64,000 nt of DNA from the NCBI GenBank assembly GCA_013239625.1, contig MU054187.1, positions 23,684,795 to 23,748,794 of the forward strand, in the 5' to 3' direction. Numbering within the stretch: position 1 is the stretch's first letter; the number at the start of each line of letters is the position of its first letter. This stretch comes from Lama guanicoe. Lineage: Eukaryota. The translations under genes were made by a program, and so were the position numbers. A model generated the notes under the pieces. The model did not search any database. It was not told where the DNA came from and saw nothing but the letters and a program-made list of their open reading frames with translations. This document shows, piece by piece, positions 26,530-38,180 of this stretch.

Positions 26530-26780
26530 CACTTGCTTAGGACCCTGGGATCTATGGCTAACCTGCCTGCTTTGATTCTGGCTACTCCACACCAGAATTC
26601 AGAGCTTTGTGGCCTTGGCAAGTTCCTCAACCTCTCTGTGCCTCCAACTCCTCATCTGTGAAAGAGAAACAGTACTGCTAACTCACAGGTTTGTAATAAA
26701 CTTCAAATGAGTTAAAATATGTGAAACATTTAGAACACTGGCACACACCAAATGCTCAGCGAGGGTTAATGCTTTATTAT
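26530..26780 (-). mobile_element. MIR SINE
   Basis: 'gtggccttggcaagttcctcaacctctctgtgcctc...ctcatctgtgaaa' MIR core. Confidence 0.8.
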
Positions 26781-27559
26781 CATTAAAATAAGGTGTTCAA
26801 TGAAATCAATTCCATTTTACTGGTCATTTGGACTTTGTCTAATTAGAATGTAATGCCAGCACATAATCATTTCTACATTCCCGGATACCAGCAAGAATGA
26901 AGAAACAGAGACACCCTATTGGTACTTAAGAAGGCGATTGCTTGGGACTGTCTGAATGCTGTCATTATAAAACTTGTGCTACAGACAAGCAATAAGAATC
27001 ACAAATCCGTCTTATGAATGGTCAAAATAAGGCAAAGGTTACTTTAGTAATTTGCTTGAGTCACCCATGGAACAAACAATTGCATTTAATCTACATATAG
27101 AAGCAAGTCAGTAAGTTACATGAATAGAGCTGCTGCAATATTAAACATCCAGATGTCCAAAAAAACGTTGTCTGTAACTGTGAGTGAGCTTTTGTTAAGC
27201 CGGTTCTCAATTTCATACAAATCGCTGAGTACACATTTGATTCTGGAAGTTATTTGACTCTATTCTGCCTTATTCACAATGAAAGAGGAGATGGGAGGGA
27301 ATGTAGCTTCTTGTAAAATGGTAGCCAATTTCCAAGCCTGGTGCCCCGTAATATCTCTAAAATATGACATCCCTCAAGACTCCCAACTAGAAGAAACAAG
27401 CAGACCATGAGAAGGAACTGCCTCGCGAGTGTTTAAAGAGGGAATGAATGCACAGACGTTCGAAACCTAAAACAAATTCAAATTTCGAATTGCTATAAAC
27501 AGTGAGAAACTATGAGCACACGGTATGAGTTTGACAGTGAAAAACTCCCATGGAAAAAA

Positions 27560-27640
27560 TGTCTTCACTGACATCACTCAGGGCCTGACTCCATCAGCCA
27601 CCTGCAGAGGCACGTGCCTGCGCGCCACTGACATCATCTC
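27560..27640. promoter_or_regulatory. Candidate enhancer module (paired TGACATCA around a palindromic E-box)
   Basis: cactgacatca at 27566-27576 and 27626-27636; aggcacgtgcct at 27608-27619. Confidence 0.35.
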
Positions 27641-29699
27641 AGGTGCATGCAATTTGGGGACATGAAATAAAGTTCATAAAAGTATCCAGCTTCCTCGAAA
27701 AGCAGCGGTCGATTCCCTCTTAGCTTGAGCGTGACTAAAACAAATACTGTAAAATTCCATTCCAGTGAGCAGCTTCTTTGGGTTTACTTGGTCATCTGCA
27801 TACATTTCTCTAAGGACCGTCTCTCCGGAGGTTATCTGTCTGTGAAGCCGTGGCTTACTTCGTTTATCCATATTTCACTTAAATTAACTAGATTAAAAAC
27901 TTTCAAAATCCTGAATAATGCTTGGGAATAGATTATATCTTAATTAAATGCCGGCATCCCCCAGGCGTTAGTGACTGCCCCTTTTTAACCTCTCCCCCCC
28001 TTATACAACAATCTTTTCAATCGAGAGACTATATCCAGGGTTCCTATTTAAAGGAAAAACACTTTCACAGTCTTGTGGCTCATTTCTTATATATTTTTGA
28101 AAAAGATGGACAGGGTAAAACCTATATTTTAAAATATGCTTTCATAGAAAAAAATAGCCATTCAATATACTCCCATGGTAAACATGAAAAAATAAAATAG
28201 CCTTAGTCTGACAAGCCCGTAAAAGTGGATTTTTGCTACATGTAATCTGAAAGGCATAATCAAATTGCATTTATCTCACCTCTAATCTGTAAGACTAATT
28301 ATTTCATTCATCATTTTAGTTAAAATGGAAATACCAAAAACACCCACAGTCATTTATAGTTTCTGAGCTGTTCCACACCTCAAAACAAGGGACTTTAAAG
28401 GCAGTCCTGCGTTATAACAATCTTTGTCATACTGTCACGTCCAGAACTCCCCCAAGCCCCTCCAAACTGTTAATTTCCTTCTTAGTTCGTCAAACATTTA
28501 ATCCCCAGTGCCAAGTGGCTATCAGTGAAGCCAACTCGCATATCAAATTGTGAACCACGTGTGTTCACTGATTTCCTTGAGCTCCCTGTGACTGGCTAGG
28601 ATTCACCTTAAGACATCTAATTGCGCCTACTGTCCTTGACTTTAAACCAAGTTCTGCTCCATTGGAATCTTTAAACAGCTCAATAGCTCCCTCTAGCCTC
28701 CGTTTATATACTACACCCACAGGTCACAGTCAAAGGTTAGGGGACTCCAGCCGGATTATCCTCACTCTCTCGGCCAAGCTTCTGATGTGGCTCATAGAGA
28801 CACTCCTCTGATCCAAAAACCCAAGGCTACCCAGTGCCAAATGGTCGTGGTGAGACACTGAGACAAAGCACAGCCATTCAGGATGCCAAACGACAGGAAG
28901 CAACAATCAAACATGATTTCATGAATAACCTCAAAATCTATAAATAGCTTTCCCAAGGAAAGAAAGCAAAGGGAAATTTGTCACACGTATTATTACTTAG
29001 TAGCTTATCCTTTTAACACGAACTGCTTTTTCTGTTTGCATAAGCTGCGTATTTTATAAAACAAATGCAACCTGATGTTTCACATTGAAAATCAAATGTG
29101 TTGTGAAGAATAAAAATAACCCTCAAAGAGACAGGTGCCAAAATGATTTTCCACAGTGGGCAAAAGGGACGTACAGGAAGTATAAGCATTTCACTTCACT
29201 ATAAAACGTGTATATTTTTATATATAGGCAGATAAATGGATTTGAATTTTAAGACCGCCCCCCAGCAAAAAAACAAACAACAACAAAAAACCCACAACTT
29301 TGAGATTTTGATCTTAATCCAACATGCCTTTTTATGATTGAGGGACCACTCATAGATGACATATATTTTTCAAAATAACATCAAGCCATGTTTTTAATGT
29401 TAAATTTTTAAAGTTTGCTACCTTGGCCAAAAATTGATTTTAAAATTACATGTAATTTTCTACCAGTGTTTCTACTGCTCAGCAGAAGGCTAGGATCATT
29501 TCCAAAATGGAACGCCCTGTGTCACTACAGATGATAACAAATGTTGGATTTACGTTGCACATTCTGTATTTCTTTATGATATGGATTTCAGAAAAAAAAA
29601 TCTGAAAACTCCACCTTTGTAATCTAGTTGTCCAAAAAAACTACAGGGGTAAATATATACATTTTCTCCCTTTTGGCTACATAAATTAAAGCTGGGAGG

Positions 29700-29890
29700 C
29701 TAAATACAATGAAACTTCAAATTTGGAAATGGCCTTAGTGACAGTTTAGTTCCATTCCCATTTTTGCAGATGAAGACATTAATGAAAGGACTTGTCTAAG
29801 ATCAAAGCTATGTTAGCACAAGAACCAAAGTTGAAGCCCATGTCCCTTGACCTCGGTCCCAGGGCTCATTACCCTACATTGCTGTCTTCC
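29700..29890 (+). mobile_element. MIR/MIR3 SINE
   Basis: 'cccatttttgcagatgaagac...gacttgtctaagatca'. Confidence 0.55.
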
Positions 29891-30569
29891 ATTGCCTGCA
29901 TTATATGAACAAGATTATTTTTTAACTTCTTTGTCATGGAATAATACACTTTAATATTTTTTTTCCTGCCTATCCTCCTCCTTCGATTAATTAATGAAAA
30001 AAAAAACTTTCACATTCTGGATTTGCAGTATAACACAGAGCTGGCCTACGTAATATATCAAATCTTTCTCCTACTGTGACGAGGGAGCACTTGGGCCTGG
30101 AGCCAATTAAAATAAACAGGCCCATTGAATCATAAAGGCCTATTTCTTTTCCATGGTATTTGAAAAGAAGAACAGACTTCAGCGAACAGTCTTACAAGAG
30201 AAGGTGTGAGCTGAACTCGACATTCTATGATAGTAACAGATGACAAGACAAAATGTAAAAATTGTATTCCTGAGTTAAACTGTCTAAGAAAAAAACCCAC
30301 GGGAAGAAAATGTACTGATGTCAGTTGGGTTGATTTTCAGTAATATTACAACACTTTTTAAAAATTAAAAAAGTATTAAAATGAAATCTTTCTAGACCAG
30401 CTGGTATCTCCTAACCTGACAGACTTTTATATAATTAGATGCGATCATGCCAATTGCCTCTGAATCAGTGTTTATTTTTCACGAGTAATAATGACATCTA
30501 AAAAGTATGGAGTGGGAAGGCATGTTCCTATGCAGCTACCTGTCTACTATCCATCTCTCTAACATCTAA

Positions 30570-30785
30570 CATACGATATCCATATATTCACTTAATCATC
30601 GGAACAACCGATGTGACAGGTCCGGTCAGTACCTCCATTTGTAAGGTATGTACGTTGAGGCTCACAGAGATTAGTTATCTTGTCTGTTATTGAATTAATG
30701 ATTAACTTGCAAGTAATAAAAGGTTGGGATTACAACCCAGGCAATCTGATGCTGGAGTATGTGCCCTTAATCACTATACGACACC
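30570..30785 (+). mobile_element. MIR SINE
   Basis: 'cacttaatcatcggaacaacc...tgaggctcacagagattag...gggattacaacccaggcaatctga'. Confidence 0.7.
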
Positions 30786-33700
30786 ACAATAAAAAAAAAA
30801 AACTATTTGATGAATATAAGCACATTCACAGATATTTAAAGTGAATTGTGATAGAAAGTAACATAAAAAAATGACTTTCTCAACTTGAAATATATATGCT
30901 GAAGGGTCAGAAGATTCCTGAAGGAATATAAAGAGCTAAATCTCAGGTTCTGACACTGCACAAATTTGACTTAATTAATTTGAATGTTCAATGGCTCCTT
31001 TTGGGGGAACCCAGAAATAATTCCAGTTGGCCATTTACCAAATATTCTGAACAAGTACATTTTGGGTAGTTGGGGTCGGTCAGGTAGTGAAATGAATTTA
31101 CATAAAATCATTCATGAATCCAATTGAAGACAAAAGAATTATACCACTGAACAAGCTCATTAAAATTTTCTTATGTTAATAACCTGAAATAGCATGGACA
31201 AGAAAAAATAGAAACTTCAGCTCTGTTGCTTTTAACCTGACTTTAGAAATAAAAAAGCTGTTATTGAACTCAAACTCTATTCTTACTTGATAGGGAAGAA
31301 AAGCCTGAAAGAGAATATCCAGACGTACAGGGGGACAGATGTGGACAGCTGGTCTCTGAGGATTTCTTGGCTGCAGTAGGAGGCAAACAACCTCACAGGC
31401 ATCTGCTCACCTGTGAGCAATCATGTCACCCTAGATCCGGACAATCTGACCAAGCAACTCTGAACAAGACAGGCACAGTGAAGGTGGGGCACACAGGAGA
31501 AGCTAGAGAACCTGAGGGCTGTTGAGTCTTCTGGTCTCTTGCTCATAGTTCTTGGCCCTCATGGCCTTCTCAATGGCCAGCATACTTGGGATTCCAAAGC
31601 CTGGAATCCTGCTGCAGGTAAAAAAAAAAACCCATGAATCAGCTACACAGCACCTGCTGTTCACCAGTGAAAACTGCTATGGTGGAGCATTATGGGATGT
31701 AATCAGAGTCCCTTACTCAAGGAAGCTGACTACATCATGGTGTCACCATCCTTCTATGAGCAAATGACATAATGTATGTTGACTATTCAAGCCAGTAAAA
31801 GACAAGAGATATGAGAAAAGGCCCCACCATATGACATTTTTAAATCTGGAAAATATAAATTTGTTTAGCTCTAAAACGTCTCACCACTAATTGCCACTAA
31901 GAGTATATGTGATACAAAACTACTCTCAGCAAACTCTAACCTTTCAGGTAGATTCAGATTAAATCTGACAAAGCTGAATAAAGACTAAGTTCAAGAAACA
32001 TTTTGCAAGAAAAATGTAGGAAATGGTCACATCCACAAATGTAGGAAATGGTTACATTCATAGTACTTGTCATAAAGTAACCTTTTGAAATCTACAATCT
32101 CTCTTCTTTCTTTAATTAGGAAAAGCAAAATCTTTTAATGTTTGCTTTATCAAGATTTTTGTCACCAAAAAGTCATTATCTTCTTAAGCTTTGATATGTG
32201 TATCAGAGTATCACATCTTTTTATTTTACCATTAAATTGGCTTGAAATAATTTTTCCTCATTATGTGTGCTGTTGTTTAAAAAGTAAAGAATATGCCATT
32301 CACATATTTAACATTTGAAAAACTATCAAAGTTGATGAAAATTATTACTACTATCTTAAACTTCATGACAAAAATGCTTATAGTGTTAAGAAAAAAAAGG
32401 AAAAAAAAGAGCCCCAAGGTCATGAGAATCTCCACTACAACAATAACAGTATTTTAGAGACAAAATGACTTTTTAAAGAGTGTAGCGATTAAACCATGGG
32501 TCTCTGCGAACAGCTCAGCTGCTTCTGACCAGCGAACGCCTCTGATTCAGACTGCTGTCCAATGACAGCAGCTTTTGACTTTCAGTTACTACTCGCAATG
32601 TTCCTCCTTTGCATCACATTAATGGTTATCACTGAAAGGCCCACTCCCCCAAAATGGATCTGATGATATACAGAAATCTTTAAACAAATGGATACTGAAA
32701 ATTTAGCATTAAAAAGTGTTCTACCTGCAATCTATTAGGAGGGGAATTTATTGACTCTTCCATAGTACTACTTCTGGCAGTGTCTCACCCTTCTTCTCAG
32801 CTGTAAGAGATTCTCCTTTTTGCTTCTTAAAAACAAAAACAAACAAAGAAACAAAATGTACTCTTTCTCTGTAACAGGCTTTTTCAGCATGTTAACAAAT
32901 ATCTCCTGCTCTAACAGTTAAAATTCCAAATGTTTAGACCCTTAAAAATCAGATAGGAAAAAGTTAACATGAATATCTCCACCCAACCCCCTCCCACCTC
33001 CAGGGGAAAACAATATCGGTTTTTAAACCTTAAATTATAGATATGAAAAGTATGGGAGGGGTCTCATCGATTGTTAAGTTCAGTGAGGGATAAAGCATTG
33101 TACTCTCAGTTGTCAGCATAAAAGAAGCATCTTTTAAAAGCTTCGTTCCAACTATAACTCGGTGTGCTTGCTAGAAAAAAAACTGATGATCATAGGAGCT
33201 TCATGCATGATTGATACCATTACTGTTTATTTTAAGACTGTCCTTGAGAATCAATCAAATAAAGCATTCCCACTGTATGTTGTGCAAAGCAAGAATGGGG
33301 AACACAATATAAATGCCTTTTCTGAAGAAGATGTGATGGACTACTCTTCCCATTAGTGCTTCCTATCAAAAAGAAGCAGCCAATAAAAATGAATCAGGCA
33401 GAAATTCATGTCAGAAAACATCCCCTGTTCTTTATAGTATGTTGAATTAACTAGCAGCCACTCTTAAGATTAAAAAAAAAAATTGGAGGTATTATCACAC
33501 ATAGAGAAGTAAGTAAATCCAACTAAGGATATGTTCGAATGCTTAAAAAACTATTTGGAAATAGTACAAACACTGAAAGACAATCTACTCTAAATCACCA
33601 GAAAATCTCCTTTGTATCAAATATTCTTTTTTAAGGTCTCAGATGGCACATGCCTCTTACCTTTCATAATTAAATGTTTGTAATAAATATGGATGGAATA

Positions 33701-34063
33701 ACTCAAATACTCTAAAACAGAGAACATAACTCTTTTTCCATGAACCATTTTTAACATATACCTTGAAGAAAGAGAAAAAAGCAATGCAAAGTAAAATCTT
33801 TTTTTAAGCAAAATCATAACTTTTTCTTGCATAATACCTTATTAAACTGATTGCGGGACTCAAATTATGAAGGAATACAATCACATTGATCTTCAGGCTG
33901 AAAAGGGAAACCTGATAATCATCAAAACACTGATGCAATCCCCAAAATCTCTGAAAGCAAATCTGACTTTCCCAAAGCAGGTAGCCATGAGTCCAGGCTC
34001 TCCCTCCCTCTTCATAGTGAGCAAGATAAAACCTAGCACCTACTTTTAACTACCTACCCCATG

Positions 34064-34103
34064 CCCCACCCCACCACCATCACCACCATCACCACAACCA
34101 CCA
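34064..34103. repeat. Imperfect (CAC)n repeat
   Basis: ccccaccccaccaccatcaccaccatcaccacaaccacca. Confidence 0.8.
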
Positions 34104-35690
34104 AACTGAAGCAATAGGCCCTTCTGTTTACAACATGATAAATAACAGCTTGCCACTTTCATTCCTCTAGTCTATGAACTAATTACTTCTTTATTTCCAC
34201 CTTAAATTATCTCTTGATTTAAATGCTAAAAACAAAAATCCATGGGTGGCAAGTAGTTTCCAAAGTTCACATTTGCCATCTAGAAAAGTCTGGACTTTCA
34301 GCCCCTTTCCATCTCTCTTTTATTCAGAAAAACAAAGTTGTATTTTTCAAAGGGTTAAGCAGTTTTGGTTTGAATTGGGCTTTTGTGTAAAATAATCACA
34401 CTTAACATCTGTAAACTCAACTCTCCATAATGGTTCTCACTTTTTCAAACACTTTGTTTCTCTACCAACCATCACTTATTACATGGAGTCCTAAGAACAG
34501 TTTATATAAACACAGAGTTTATTCAGAATATACCCTCCCATATAGCATTTCTTATGGACACTTCGTATATAAATCTGTTACATGAAACATGTTCAGATAC
34601 TGTGCAACAGGTCCTGCTGTTGTGTAAACACACACTGCCAACAAAATGACAGAAAGCTTTCAACAATCAACAACAGAGGGAAAAATCACATTATTCTTCA
34701 GAGACTTAATCGTAATTCTTTTCAGGCGGCAGAAGATCTTGTCAAAAGGAGTACATTTTACTAAGACCCTCTTACTGTCTTTGTATTCCACGGTGTATGT
34801 GATAAACTGGTTAGAGCCCAGATGTATACAATCTTCCACTGATTTACCGCATGTTACTGGCTTTAGTGCTGAGTTGATGACAGGATGAGTACTTTGGCAG
34901 AGGTCTGACAAGTCGTTATCCTTAAGTTCCCTTTTGCTTTGTGTCTGTCTGCTCCCAAAGCTATCAAAGTAAAGCAAATGACAGTCTAAATCCTCTCCCA
35001 TTTGCCATGAGAGTGTCAAATAAAATTAAAAACACACTATCAGAACTATTGGGCCACGTTTATTTTCAATTGGCGGGGGAGGGGGAGAGAAGACACTTAA
35101 GAAGAGATGGATTTCCTGTCCTCTGTGCAGCCAGATCTAGTTACTGTGTATTAAGTTATGTCTAAATGAGAAAAAGACTCTGTCTAGTCAAGTGTTTTAT
35201 CACAAAGTAATGTTATTAAACATATCAAGTATTCCCACACTCTCCTCTAGATTCTTTGATTTTTAACCTCCTTTGTTAGGCACAAAACACAGGGAGAAAG
35301 ATTTCAGGAACCATACCATGGGAGCACATCTTGCCAAGCAATGAATTCTGTATTTCCCGAGCAGTTTATTTACCATCAACTCAAACTGCTTTTATTAAGC
35401 CACACGTTTGCTGTATGTCGGACTTCGCCTCCTTCCCTGGTGAAAAGCATGGATTGTGTCTTTGAGCGCGCAGCACCCGTGCTTTGTGCTGCTGGGGATA
35501 ACGGATTCCTAGTCTCACGCGCATCCATCACCTAAGACACCAGGAAACTCAACAAGGGTCTCGGCGGCCGGAGGGGGAACAATGTGCTGAGACCCGGGCT
35601 GCTCTGAGCTACGGGGATCCGAGGGGTGAACGAAATGTTTCAGGGAGCAGCCCAGGCAAGGGGAAAGGAAGAAAGCCCTCGTACTCTTAC

Positions 35691-36400
35691 CTCCACATTG
35701 AAATACTGCTCCGTTCCGCAGACGGTAGCACATAAAATCCAAAGCAAGGTTTGCAAGAGAAATGCCCCCGAATGATGCACGAAATCCAACCGTCTTCCAG
35801 TGCCGAAGGTAAGTAAGATCATAGTGACCTGTGCTTCAGTGGACGGACGAGCGAGCTCCCCTTCGTTTCCTCCCTCTCTGTCTCTCCCTCCCTCCCTGCT
35901 TTCCTTTCAAAAAAAGTCCTCCGGGTGGGTCGGAAGCCTGCAGGTTCACCCACAGCCGGTCAAGGGGAGGCGACGGAGGTGCCCCGCGCTCTGCAGCCCC
36001 CAGAGAAGCAGCGGCGGAGGGAGGGGCAGCAGCGGCTCGCGATCACCGTCCCCGGGGGCCCATCACCGGGAACGTGGCGCCCAAGTTCACCGGCGGTTCC
36101 GGCTCAAAGCACCGAGTCGCAGCCGCAGCCGCCGCCGCCGCCGCCGCCTCCAGCCCGCGCGTACTCCTCCTCCTCCTCCTCCTCGCCGCCGTCCTCCTCC
36201 TCCTGGTCCTCCGCCTCCTTCTGGTCCTCCGCCTCCTCCACCGCCCACTCCGCCGCCGCCGCCGCCTCCTGCTCCTGCCGGATGGGCCGCGGCCGCTCCC
36301 CGCTCTCTCGCCGGGGCTTCTCCTTCCCTCCTCGCCCCGCTCCCCTCCAGAACGTTCATCCGTAATCTACATAACTCCTCCTTCCCGGGGTCTGCCTGCC
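35691..36400 (-). other. Probable non-coding first exon region of an unidentified minus-strand gene (boundaries uncertain)
   Basis: GGC/GGA-repeat 5'UTR-like sequence on minus strand; strong donor GAG|GTAAGA at 35690; leftward DNA is T-rich on minus and LTR-poor as expected for a transcribed intron. Confidence 0.55.
36122..36270. repeat. Compound GCC/CTC trinucleotide repeats with an 18-bp tandem unit
   Basis: (GCC)7 36128-36148, (CTC)n 36164-36184, ctggtcctccgcctcct x2 at 36203 and 36221, further GCC run ~36250-36266. Confidence 0.9.
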
Positions 36401-36416
36401 TCTCGGGCCCTCTCGG

Positions 36417-36496
36417 TGCGCGCGCACACGCACACACACGCGCACACACACATCTGCACATGAGCGCACACACAACCCGCCACGCACGCGCACGCT
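36417..36496. repeat. Alternating purine-pyrimidine (CA/CG)n tract
   Basis: gtgcgcgcgcacacgcacacacacgcgcacacacaca...cacgcacgcgcacgc. Confidence 0.85.
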
Positions 36497-37959
36497 TCTT
36501 AAAGGAGACTGCCCGTAAAGGGTAAACCGCTCCTGGGCCGCGCACTGCCTAGGAAGCAGCCCTCCAGAGGGGCCCTGGGCTGCATGGGGCCGTTCACACA
36601 CCGCCCACTCCTCAGCCGCGAGATCGGGCGCCCGGGCACCTGGGCGGCTCCACCCTTGCATCTCGCCCACCTTCCACCGATGCACCTAGATACGAATGTG
36701 CCCCTCCCCTGCCGGGGACTGGGTGGGGCTCAGGCTGCGGACCCTGGTGTGGGCTGGGGAGCGGGCCGAGGCCCGGTCCTGGAGGGCGACCGTGATCCTC
36801 AGATCACCGGGTCTGGAGAGCCAAGGGGGCGCTGGGACTCAGGGGGAGCGCCTGGGTCACTGTGCGCTACGTGGGGGCTCGGGGCTGTCGCTGGGCTGGC
36901 CAAGTTTAAGGAGCCTGAGAAGGCAAGTCCAAAACTTTGCTGGGGTTCACCGACCAAGCCTGCGGCCTGCCGTCGCCCTGAATCCCCTCTACCATCGGTA
37001 CACCCCGCCTTCCAGGCTCCAGGACAAGCGCGGGGGCGGGGGACGTGGGGGCATCATGTCAAATACAAAGGAGGAAGAAGATGCTCACTTTCCAAAGAAG
37101 CTCTGTCCGGTGGACACACGTACACACAGACCCTGGAGCGGTGGTCCGGGTGTTAACGGAACCCCGGGCCCGGGGAGGGTGGGGGCGCTGGAAAGAAACG
37201 CCAACGCGCTGTGGGAATGAAGGGAAGGGCTGGGGAAGGAAGGAGAGGGAGCAGCCTGAGGAAAGGCGAGTGAGGCAGCCGGCGAGGGCGGGAGGAAGGG
37301 GCCGAGCGCAGACCGAGCGGGGGAGAGGCTGGCGGGAGCCCGGAGAGCTGCAGGCGAGAGGGGGAGGCTGCTGGCAGGGGAAGTTCGGAAGAGTCTGCCA
37401 AAAAGGACTGGAGCCCAAGCCGTGTGAGGCCGTGGACAGGGGTGGCAGCAACCACCAGCCCCGGGCAGGTGATGGTTTGGCTGAAAGAGAAAGGAGGGAG
37501 GGAGACGGGCAGGCACCTCTTTGGGGGCCATGCCAATAAATGTGCTTCACCTTGGCAGCCAGCAGAGGGGAAAAAGAGCCCATGGGAAAGGAGAGGTTGC
37601 AGCAAAAGGCGGCTCCAGGTGTGATAACGACCTCGGTGCGGTGGAACCGAGCATCGACAAGACAAATTTCATCAGAGTTGGTAAAGCAAGAAGTCGGACT
37701 ACAAAAAGGTCATGTAGATGGAAACATGTTGAAAAACACTGCAAAAAATGGCACTGGACTGGGGTATCCTGTAGAGAAATGTGTATCCTGTAGAGAAACA
37801 CAAAGAAGCTGAGGAATGGGACTTTGCAAGTGATACTTTTTAAAAAGGTACGAAATAAGACCCACTCAATTTGACTCGAGTCTCTCGGAGAGCCTTTCCC
37901 GACAGTCTGCTCTGTGCACAGCACGTCCTGGCCACAAAAGAATTTTGAAGACATGATAA

Positions 37960-38180
37960 GAAATACCTTATATTGTATAGTGTATTAAATTTTGCAGTTT
38001 CCACATATAGTATCTCATTTAATTCCCACAAACATCCCTGAGGATATTTTGTTTTCATCTCATACATGGAGAAAATAATGGTGATAAAAGATAACTTTCC
38101 AGGAAATCATTCAAGTGACAGAATTCAGACCTGAGTTTTCTGACTCCCAGTTCGGTGCATTTCCCACTACGTTCCACTGA
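37960..38180 (+). mobile_element. MIR SINE
   Basis: 'atctcatttaattcccacaaacatccctgagg...cagaattcagacctgagttttctgactcc'. Confidence 0.65.

Larger units (their letters stand above)
35450..37700. promoter_or_regulatory. CpG island promoter
   Basis: About 2.2 kb of GC-rich, CpG-dense sequence in an AT-rich, CpG-depleted window; GC box GGGGCGGGG near 37033. Confidence 0.92.

Noticed and set aside
31403..31420. Other minus-strand AG|GT juxtapositions (ctcacag|gtgagc here; ttgtcag|gtatca near 5705)
   Set aside because: Weak pyrimidine tract or weak donor compared with the 12180 site.
35691..36400. Assigning a gene symbol to the island exon
   Set aside because: No coding sequence in the window and I do not reliably recognise the leader; a BLAST search is needed.
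35800..37665. Many long overlapping ORFs (up to 241 aa; poly-Pro, Ala, Ser, Leu) in the CpG island
   Set aside because: Expected from stop-poor GC-rich repeat DNA; low complexity in all frames, many with non-ATG starts, no recognisable domain.
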